In this document: positions 1 through 6,605 of the stretch, one piece after another
Layout of the letters: every line of letters starts with the position of its first letter
Numbering within the stretch: the stretch's first letter is position 1
NCBI GenBank assembly: GCA_964647565.1
Contig: CAZYIM010000046.1
Coordinates: 1-15,515 of the forward strand
Direction: 5' to 3'
From: an uncultured Methanosarcinales archaeon
GTDB lineage: Archaea; Nanobdellota; Nanobdellia; Woesearchaeales; CAZYIM01
Length of the DNA stretch: 15,515 nt
The notes under the pieces: generated by a model
The model's database searches: none
Seen by the model: only the letters and a program-made list of their open reading frames with translations
Told to the model about the DNA's origin: nothing
Made by a program: the position numbers and the translations under genes

Positions 1-105
1 ACACAAAGACAAATAGCCAACCAAGTCGGAGTCATGGAAACAACAATAAGAAAGATGTATAAAGAGATAGAACGAGAGATAGGGAAGAAAGCGGATTCTT
101 TATAA
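1..105 (+). CDS. tfb: 3' end of a transcription initiation factor IIB (TFB)-like protein (partial, runs off the window start)
   Basis: Frame 1 translates to TQRQIANQVGVMETTIRKMYKEIEREIGKKADSL*. This resembles the archaeal TFB C-terminal cyclin-repeat HTH (TQxEVAxVAGVTEVTIRNRYKEL). TAA is at 103-105. Only 34 aa are visible. Confidence 0.7.
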   Translation, partial: TQRQIANQVGVMETTIRKMYKEIEREIGKKADSL

Positions 106-106
106 A
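99..106 (+). promoter_or_regulatory. Putative archaeal TATA box for the gene at 132
   Basis: TTTATAAA lies 25 nt before ATG132 and no SD is visible, consistent with a leaderless transcript. Confidence 0.5.
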
Positions 107-131
107 TTTCAAAAGAATAAAGAGAGATTAG

Positions 132-482
132 ATGAAAACAAAATTAATAATGATATGTCTCGTTATAACTTTCCTTATTTCAGGTTGTTTTCTTTTCCAA
201 GCTTCGCCCGCAGAGCAAATTTATTATAATTGTTATTGCGATAAGATCACAAAAGGTTCTTCAGATTCAGATCGTTTTCAATTATTAAATTCCACACATT
301 TAGAATTAAACGACTCGCGTATATGTAATTATTACAGCGATAATGCATTAAAAAAAAGAATCTACTATGGAATCGAAAATATTTCAAATTTACAGGTTTT
401 TAAATCAGATTGCTATCACTTTGCTTCAGAAGGAATTTATAAAACAGAAAACGAATATTATTATTGCAAATGTTCAAAATGA
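132..482 (+). CDS. Small Cys-rich putative lipoprotein, 116 aa
   Basis: Basic N-terminus, hydrophobic stretch and lipobox-like ISGC (MKTKLIMICLVITFLISGC). Several further Cys residues follow. Confidence 0.7.
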   Translation: MKTKLIMICLVITFLISGCFLFQASPAEQIYYNCYCDKITKGSSDSDRFQLLNSTHLELNDSRICNYYSDNALKKRIYYGIENISNLQVFKSDCYHFASEGIYKTENEYYYCKCSK

Positions 483-529
483 AACCTTTCCAAGACATGC
501 TGGCAGAAGTGCAGGTGGTGATGAGATGA
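479..529 (+). CDS. 16-aa mini-ORF (MKPFQDMLAEVQVVMR*) with ATGA overlaps at both ends; coupling peptide or gene remnant
   Basis: ATG479 overlaps the lipoprotein TGA (480-482). Its own TGA (527-529) overlaps ATG526 of the next gene. Confidence 0.4.
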   Translation: MKPFQDMLAEVQVVMR

Positions 530-1374
530 GAAATGTTAACGATTTTTCTGAAACAAGTTTAGCTTGTTTAAAGTTATCCGGTCGTTTTTTTTTAATTAGT
601 TTTGCGTGGTTGGTGTTGACTTCTGTTTGTTTATATGTAGCTAGTCCCAGTTTTGAAGTGTCTTTTAGTAGGATTGGCGGGAATATTTTTCTGAGTGGAG
701 GCCTAACTGTATTGATTTTATCAGTTTTTATTTTGTTTTGTAGTGTTCTTTTGTTCACTATGGCAAAAAAATTTCGGAGTGTTAAATTGTTTATAGATAA
801 TCTTTCTGTTTTGATCAGAAAAATTAATCCCATTATTCGAAATACGTTACTAAGTTTGCTTTTGATGGTATTATTTCCGCTGTTAATAATTTTATCTCCT
901 ATTCGTATCAATTTACTAAATAATCTAACTGCAGATTTGTTTTTTAATTTCTTAGTTATATACGGGCGTATTTTGATTATTCCATTGTGTATCTTGAGTT
1001 TATTAATTTCGATTTTTTCAGAAAAAATAATTAAAAACACACTCAATAAGAAACTGATTTTATTTAAAAACAAAACGTTCACCTGGTATGTAATCTTTGG
1101 TTTCTTGTTAGGTTTTTTTACTACATTTTCTGATTTCAGATTTCTGATAATGTGGCTAAATAACTTAGAGAGACTTATTGATCCGAATATTATTAGACCC
1201 TTTTTATTTATTATTTTCATTTCTCCATTAGTATTTGCCTTGACAATATCAGGGCTAATTTATCTGTTCAGTCGATCCAAGCTAAACAAGTATTTATTGA
1301 TGCGTAGTTTTTTCAGTTTAATAATCTTAATCATATGTTATTTATCATTAGGGAAATATTTGCTTTTGTTATAA
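526..1374 (+). CDS. Polytopic membrane protein of unknown function, about 282 aa
   Basis: Long ORF with about 7 hydrophobic segments separated by K/R-rich loops. Start moved from 367 to ATG526, which is preceded by GGTGA at 517-521 and removes the 116-nt overlap with the lipoprotein gene. Confidence 0.75.
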   Translation: MRNVNDFSETSLACLKLSGRFFLISFAWLVLTSVCLYVASPSFEVSFSRIGGNIFLSGGLTVLILSVFILFCSVLLFTMAKKFRSVKLFIDNLSVLIRKINPIIRNTLLSLLLMVLFPLLIILSPIRINLLNNLTADLFFNFLVIYGRILIIPLCILSLLISIFSEKIIKNTLNKKLILFKNKTFTWYVIFGFLLGFFTTFSDFRFLIMWLNNLERLIDPNIIRPFLFIIFISPLVFALTISGLIYLFSRSKLNKYLLMRSFFSLIILIICYLSLGKYLLLL

Positions 1375-1383
1375 ATAAACAAA

Positions 1384-2301
1384 ATGTTTCAAAAAAGAGG
1401 AGATTTAAAATATTGTATGTTACTATTTTTTCTAGTTCTAATTCCGACAGTTTTTGCATATCCTGTTGAGGATGCGTTTTCTGAGGCTGAAGAATATCTT
1501 TTTACCAAAGCTGGATGGTCTATGAACGAACCAGCTTATAAATTAGGTTGTACCGATTTTTTATTTATAAACAAATTTCCAATTTTGAATAAATGGATTT
1601 ATGTAAATTCTTCATATTGCGTACTTCAGCGTATTTGCTTCAGGCCTGAGGATCCTGATAGAACACTTATTCTTCACGAGTATGCACATGCAATTTTAGA
1701 AGAAGATGATTTATATCATTTAACTCCGCCTTATGCTCTTAGCGATTTTTTCAAAGACCATGGGATGGATAAAGAAATGAATTCTGCTGAGAGCGCGTTT
1801 AATGAGGGTTGGGCGAGTTCTTTTAGTATGGCTGTGAGAAAAAATAGCAATGTATATGGTTGGAACTTAGAAAATCAAACTTATTTTATTCAAGAACAAT
1901 ATTCTCAGACTGCTGGAAATAACTATCAACTAACTACTAGTAATGAAGCACTCACTGCTTTAATTTTATTAGATATTATTGATGATAAAAACTTCGGAGG
2001 AGGTTATGGGTCTTATCAGAACATTGGTGATGATGATCAGATTTCTTCTCGTTTTGATTTGCTATTTGATGTTTTACGTTATAAGCAGCCCAGGAATATT
2101 TTTGATTTCTATGGGTATTGGATGGATGATGGTGAGAAAGGTTATTGGGTTGGAAAGAATGTCGAATATGAGAATTTGAAAAATGAGTTGTATGAAATTT
2201 TTCCCACACAAGATAGAGGTTTAGAAACATTATGTATGATTATGCAATCACCTTATTACTACGATATCAGTCTGGAAGCTGGACCTGGCGGAGGTTTTTA
2301 A
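1384..2301 (+). CDS. Secreted zinc metallopeptidase (gluzincin-like), 305 aa
   Basis: Signal peptide (LLFFLVLIPTVFA), zinc motif HEYAH and downstream third-ligand motif FNEGWA. Confidence 0.8.
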   Translation: MFQKRGDLKYCMLLFFLVLIPTVFAYPVEDAFSEAEEYLFTKAGWSMNEPAYKLGCTDFLFINKFPILNKWIYVNSSYCVLQRICFRPEDPDRTLILHEYAHAILEEDDLYHLTPPYALSDFFKDHGMDKEMNSAESAFNEGWASSFSMAVRKNSNVYGWNLENQTYFIQEQYSQTAGNNYQLTTSNEALTALILLDIIDDKNFGGGYGSYQNIGDDDQISSRFDLLFDVLRYKQPRNIFDFYGYWMDDGEKGYWVGKNVEYENLKNELYEIFPTQDRGLETLCMIMQSPYYYDISLEAGPGGGF

Positions 2302-2350
2302 TTGCAGCTGGAGACAAATACCAGAAATCTGCAGTTAGATTCAATCATAT

Positions 2351-2419
2351 TTAATTCTCTAGTTTCTCCTTTACAGCCTGCTTAACAAACTCGCTAACAG
2401 AAAAACAGTCGTTTGTAGC
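2351..2419 (-). repeat. Direct repeat copy 1: orphan 3' fragment of the RHH gene (ATNDCFSVSEFVKQAVKEKLEN*)
   Basis: 60/69 identical to 5524-5592, with a 26-bp identical core (2376-2401 = 5549-5574). No start codon; the frame is closed upstream by a stop at 2435-2437. Confidence 0.9.
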
Positions 2420-2433
2420 AAGATTTCTAAAGA

Positions 2434-2441
2434 TTTATAAA
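2434..2441 (+). promoter_or_regulatory. Putative TATA box of the Cys-repeat gene
   Basis: TTTATAAA, preceded by purine-rich AAAGA, lies 23 nt before ATG2465. It sits within the near-tandem 10-mer AGATTTCTAA/AGATTTATAA. Confidence 0.55.
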
Positions 2442-2464
2442 CTCTTTTGACTAATTTACTTATT

Positions 2465-5400
2465 ATGGCGCGAGAGAGTTTTTTTGGTTTTGTGTTGTTG
2501 TTTTTTATTATTCTTTGTGCTTGTGTATCTGCTGATGCAGTTATTGATGAATGCAATTCTCATAGAGAGACTGCGAATTGTGTGATAGCTTATGCGCTTC
2601 GTGAATCTAATGCATCAATTTGCGGTTATTTAGAAAATGGTTTCGATAGAGGTGCTTGTTATTCAGAACTTGCCCCTGTTTTAGGAGATCCTTTCATTTG
2701 TCTTGAAGCAGGAGAATTATTCAGGGATCAGTGTTTGAAAGAGATTGCGGTAGCAACATTAAATCTTAGTGTTTGTAATATTTCTGGAAAACCATATGAA
2801 ACCTGTGTTGCCAGAACCCGCTCACAATATTATCAAAAAGCAATACAGTTGGGAACGTCTTCTCATTGTGAAGATAAGTTTAATAGTCCTGAGTGTGTTG
2901 GACCACAAATTCGACAACAAGCCATCGATTATTGTGGGCTGGCTGATCCTACAGATGGAGAGGTTAAGCGAAGCTGTTATTTTCAATGTGCACAAAACCT
3001 TAGATATGGCCCTTTCTGCCAATATACTGGACAATATGAAGAGGAATGCCGGTTTAAGGTGGCGCGAATATTAAAGAATTACTCAGTTTGTGACAATCTT
3101 ACATTTATGGGTAAAGATGAGTGTCTTGAAGAGCTCAGTTCTTGGGCAGATCCCAATGATAAAAAAGCATGTAGATTGATAGAAAATTTTGAGAACAAAG
3201 AAAACTGCTTGTGCAATGATAATCAGTTTTTGTATATGGGAGTGTGTATTCCTAATACGGTGAAGGAAAATCTGTCTGAGGTAATAATTGGCTTGAGCAT
3301 TTTGGCTTTTATTTGTATAGTGCTAATTGTTTTTAAATTGTGGGTGTGGAAACATCTCCCTCGTTGGGTCAAGGGAGGTATGATAGGAATAGTTATTTTT
3401 ATGTTTCTTTTTGTGATAAATATGCTGATTATGGATCTTGAGCCCTTTGGCTTAGAATATATCTGCATCTATTTTTTCTTCAATTTTTTCCTACTTTCTT
3501 TTAAAGTTCTTGAGAGTGTTTGTGGTAGGGGTACTTGTTTTTATGGTGTTCTTCTGATGCTGTTTTATGTTGTGTTGCAGGGTTTTGTTGTAGGGGCCCT
3601 GTTCGGGTGGCTTACTTCTAAGATAAAGAAGTTCAGCTCAGGTAAAAAGGGTTTCTTGGTTTTGTTCATTTTCCTCGGAATTGTATATTTTATTGTCTTC
3701 CCTACCGGCTTGGGAATAGGAATGCTTTTAGTTCGTATCTTTCCTTTGTTATTAGGCTTGACACATTTATCCTTGTTTGTACCTATCTGCTTTACAGCAT
3801 ATGTTCTGCTTGTAATTCTTATCTTGGATAAATATTCTAAAAGAAAACTATTAATGTTGATAGCTATTCTTTCAATTCATCTTCTTGTGATAATCATTCC
3901 TTTTCCTGTGTGCAATTCTTCTGGGCGATTTAGTGATACAACCCAATCCTGTACTTGTCTTGGCCTGAGCAAGTACTCTATGGTAATTGATGCCAGTTGG
4001 ACACAATGTGTTGGGATTCCTATAAATTATGGACAAACCAATAAGGCACTTCTTAGACAAGAATCAAATATACCTATTGATACCTGTGGCAACAGTATAT
4101 GTGAAGAATACGAGTTAATAGCTACCTGTCAAGAAGACTGCAATGATCTTGAAACTCATACATATCAGATTTGTAGAAATACAAGGAATAAATGGGGTGG
4201 GATTACGGGTATAAGTATTTATGGTACAAACATTAGTCTTCCAGGCGAAACAAGAATAATTTCAAATATATCTAACAATAATGAAACAAATAAGTTAGAT
4301 GTTACTACAGAAACATACATTTGTTATAACATAACAGAGGTTCACGAGCCCATATTCGGAATAAGTATAAAATCTGGCGCGGGACACTTTCCTGCATGTA
4401 GACACTTAGTCCATAAGTATTATGTTGATGGGGTTAGTTATGATTGTGAAGAAGAGATGGGGACGTATAGAGGAAATATTATGTATTATCCCTATGATGA
4501 AGAAAGATTTGAGTTATTTAGACGAGTGATATTATCTAAATACGTCGAAAAATATTCTGAAGAATACTTTTCGTGCGAGGATAATGCATTTTGCCATATT
4601 AAAACCGCTCTAGAAAATAATGATTTTAATCATTGTTCCAAGTTGGCAGCAGATTCTGCAGCTCTTTGTGTTAATCGCTTTGCAGAAGCGCACGAAAACA
4701 GAAGCTACTGTGATAATCTTAATGGTTCTTATCGTGATCATTGTTATTATGGGTTTGATCAACCACTAATTAGGCGTGCAGAATTGAGGAAAAACGAGTC
4801 ATATTGTAACCAAGTTTATGTCCCTTGGTCGAGGGCTAAATGTCATATTTCCTTAGGGAACAATGTTTCAATCAATGTAACTACATGCGAGAATCTTTCT
4901 GAAAAAACTGAATTAGAATGTATTATGTATTTGGCTAAATCTTCAAACAATCACACTTATTGTAATCAAACGAGTGAGTTAAAAGGACCTTGTTTTCTAT
5001 ATTTTGCAAAAATGTTAAATCAGTCAGATCTTTGTTATAAGGCTGAAGGCACTATGGGCAGATGCTTGAACCAGTTTTATTTTAAATCTGTCGATCCATT
5101 AATATGTGGAGAATTAGAGAATAATTATTATACCTATGCATGTTGGATACAGGCAGCAATACAAACAAATGATTCTGCTTATTGTCATAATGTTTTCGGA
5201 TTTCGTGAATCTATGGTCGTATCGCAACCGGTTTTGCCGTATGAAAGACATGCATGTTTGGAAATAATGGCCCAACAACTAGAAGACTATAATCTATGTT
5301 TTGAGGAATCACATAATACAGATAATTGCCTGCATTCGGTCCTAGTTCAATCCTATGATGATCCAGAATTATGCTCTCTAATTTCAGACAGGCTCACCAA

Positions 5401-5527
5401 AAAACATTGTTATTTTGACTTTGCACACAAATTAAAAGATAATAGTCTTTGTGAAAAGGCTGATCGACCTCCGGGGTGTTATAATTGTGGCTGGCGTGAA
5501 CAACCGGAAGGATGCAGTCGGGTTTAA
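2465..5527 (+). CDS. Large Cys-rich repeat cell-surface membrane protein, about 1020 aa
   Basis: Signal peptide MARESFFGFVLLFFIILCACVSA. N- and C-terminal arrays of ~24-aa two-Cys repeats. Central 6-7 hydrophobic segments, a CGNxxCExxE..CxxDC motif and many N-x-S/T sequons. ATG2465 is preferred over TTG2447 from TATA spacing. Confidence 0.85.
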   Translation: MARESFFGFVLLFFIILCACVSADAVIDECNSHRETANCVIAYALRESNASICGYLENGFDRGACYSELAPVLGDPFICLEAGELFRDQCLKEIAVATLNLSVCNISGKPYETCVARTRSQYYQKAIQLGTSSHCEDKFNSPECVGPQIRQQAIDYCGLADPTDGEVKRSCYFQCAQNLRYGPFCQYTGQYEEECRFKVARILKNYSVCDNLTFMGKDECLEELSSWADPNDKKACRLIENFENKENCLCNDNQFLYMGVCIPNTVKENLSEVIIGLSILAFICIVLIVFKLWVWKHLPRWVKGGMIGIVIFMFLFVINMLIMDLEPFGLEYICIYFFFNFFLLSFKVLESVCGRGTCFYGVLLMLFYVVLQGFVVGALFGWLTSKIKKFSSGKKGFLVLFIFLGIVYFIVFPTGLGIGMLLVRIFPLLLGLTHLSLFVPICFTAYVLLVILILDKYSKRKLLMLIAILSIHLLVIIIPFPVCNSSGRFSDTTQSCTCLGLSKYSMVIDASWTQCVGIPINYGQTNKALLRQESNIPIDTCGNSICEEYELIATCQEDCNDLETHTYQICRNTRNKWGGITGISIYGTNISLPGETRIISNISNNNETNKLDVTTETYICYNITEVHEPIFGISIKSGAGHFPACRHLVHKYYVDGVSYDCEEEMGTYRGNIMYYPYDEERFELFRRVILSKYVEKYSEEYFSCEDNAFCHIKTALENNDFNHCSKLAADSAALCVNRFAEAHENRSYCDNLNGSYRDHCYYGFDQPLIRRAELRKNESYCNQVYVPWSRAKCHISLGNNVSINVTTCENLSEKTELECIMYLAKSSNNHTYCNQTSELKGPCFLYFAKMLNQSDLCYKAEGTMGRCLNQFYFKSVDPLICGELENNYYTYACWIQAAIQTNDSAYCHNVFGFRESMVVSQPVLPYERHACLEIMAQQLEDYNLCFEESHNTDNCLHSVLVQSYDDPELCSLISDRLTKKHCYFDFAHKLKDNSLCEKADRPPGCYNCGWREQPEGCSRV

Positions 5528-5592
5528 TTCTCCAGCTTCTCCTTTACCGCCTGCTTAACAAACTCGCTAACAGACATACGATCATTCGTAGC
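5524..5592 (-). repeat. Direct repeat copy 2, inside the intact RHH gene
   Basis: Aligns without gaps to 2351-2419 with 9 mismatches. Confidence 0.9.
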
Positions 5593-5673
5593 TTCTAACA
5601 AAGCATTCCAGAGCTTGTTAGAGCAATAGAAACTTCTTCTTTCTCCCCGATTTTCTTCAAATTCAGTTGTCAT
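5524..5673 (-). CDS. Ribbon-helix-helix (CopG/Arc-like) DNA-binding protein, 49 aa, not in the ORF track
   Basis: MTTEFEENRGERRSFYCSNKLWNALLEATNDRMSVSEFVKQAVKEKLEN*: strand RRSFYC, helix A, then helix B SVSEFVKQAV. AGGTGA SD (5684-5679) is 5 nt before ATG5673. Its stop overlaps the Cys-repeat gene stop in a TTAA. Confidence 0.8.
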   Translation of the reverse strand: MTTEFEENRGERRSFYCSNKLWNALLEATNDRMSVSEFVKQAVKEKLEN

Positions 5674-5810
5674 CATTATCACCTTTTTTTATCATAATAA
5701 CTAATAGATCAGCATAAAATATATGCAGTTTGGATAAGAAAAAGGCATCCGAAAAGATACCGAAAAAGGTAACAAAATTACACGAGAAACGGAAACAATT
5801 CGAAACTTGG

Positions 5811-5826
5811 GGAAAAATATTTATAT
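5811..5826 (+). promoter_or_regulatory. Putative BRE + TATA box with no substantial protein gene downstream
   Basis: GGAAAAATA-TTTATAT, preceded by phased GAAA motifs. It points toward the GC-rich element at 5861-5930. Confidence 0.35.
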
Positions 5827-5900
5827 GAAAACAGTTATACTAAAAAGAAAAATAAAATCCAAAAGGGCGGGCTTTCGACCTGCAGTTCATAGCGCGGGCG

Positions 5901-5935
5901 GGGCTATTTTCTTTCAAAAATAGCCCTTTTTATTT
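5901..5935. terminator. Terminator-like hairpin at the 3' end of the nuclease-like gene
   Basis: Perfect 10-bp stem GGGCTATTTT (5901-5910) / AAAATAGCCC (5917-5926) with a 6-nt loop, followed by a T-run on the + strand. Confidence 0.5.
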
Positions 5936-6382
5936 CCTATCGTATAATTTGGGTTTATCCAAACAATAAAATTTCTTATCAAAATCTTTGATATTCACCT
6001 CAAACTTCCAATTATCCTGAAAATAGACTATGGCAATCTTTCCAACAAAACCTAGTTTCTTTGCGTCTGAATATACTTCTTCTGTAGACATAGTCATCTT
6101 AGGCTTAAATCCTATATGTTTTCGATAGCTGTTTTTTGTTTTTATTTCATACAGATATGGAATAGGTTTTCCGAATAAGAATTTGATTTCTATTGCGTCG
6201 ATTGAATGCCAGTATTTCCTTAAGAAATCTATTTGATCGACAGAATAATATTTATAAAATCTCTCGCGATATTTACTGAACTTGAAAAATAAAGGAAGGA
6301 CGGCCCAGTTTCTTGTCAGTTTAAACATACATTCACCAATAATACCTTTGAATGTTCCTTTACACCCTTTGAGATTGTACAT
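5930..6382 (-). CDS. Putative PD-(D/E)xK-fold nuclease, about 150 aa
   Basis: Motif order GIIGE ... SIDAIE ... YEIKT ... MSTEEVYSDAKKLG fits the restriction-endonuclease-like E...D...ExK layout. The protein is basic. ATG6382 is preferred over TTG6391. Confidence 0.55.
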   Translation of the reverse strand: MYNLKGCKGTFKGIIGECMFKLTRNWAVLPLFFKFSKYRERFYKYYSVDQIDFLRKYWHSIDAIEIKFLFGKPIPYLYEIKTKNSYRKHIGFKPKMTMSTEEVYSDAKKLGFVGKIAIVYFQDNWKFEVNIKDFDKKFYCLDKPKLYDRK

Positions 6383-6605
6383 AAAAATCAATCAGAATTC
6401 ATACTTAATAAAAGTATAGGCATTATTTTCAGAAATTTTACATATTATTTAGGATTTTAATGAATGCTATTCATTTTTCTGACAAATAATAGATTTAAAC
6501 GAAGGGCTCAAATCTAAACAATGTTTAAAAAAACCTATATTCCTCTTAATTATGGATTAAATAGACGTTAAACTCAGCAATTAACACCCGATTTAGTATA
6601 CATTT

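Noticed and set aside
367..525. Extended N-terminus of the membrane protein given by the ORF track
   Set aside because: It overlaps the lipoprotein gene by 116 nt, while ATG526 has an SD and an ATGA coupling.
474..1220. 248-aa minus-strand ORF
   Set aside because: K/I/N-rich antisense shadow of the T-rich membrane gene.
2371..2556. 61-aa minus-strand ORF over repeat copy 1
   Set aside because: It is not in the RHH reading frame and overlaps the promoter and signal peptide of the Cys-repeat gene.
2351..5592. The 69-bp repeat pair as a diversity-generating retroelement TR/VR pair
   Set aside because: Mismatches are not confined to adenines on either strand, most are synonymous in the RHH frame, and no reverse transcriptase is present.
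5861..5890. Resemblance of hairpin + AGTTCAT to an IS200/IS605 right end
   Set aside because: The stem is only 5 bp and no tnpA or tnpB remnant is nearby, which is too weak to call a mobile element.
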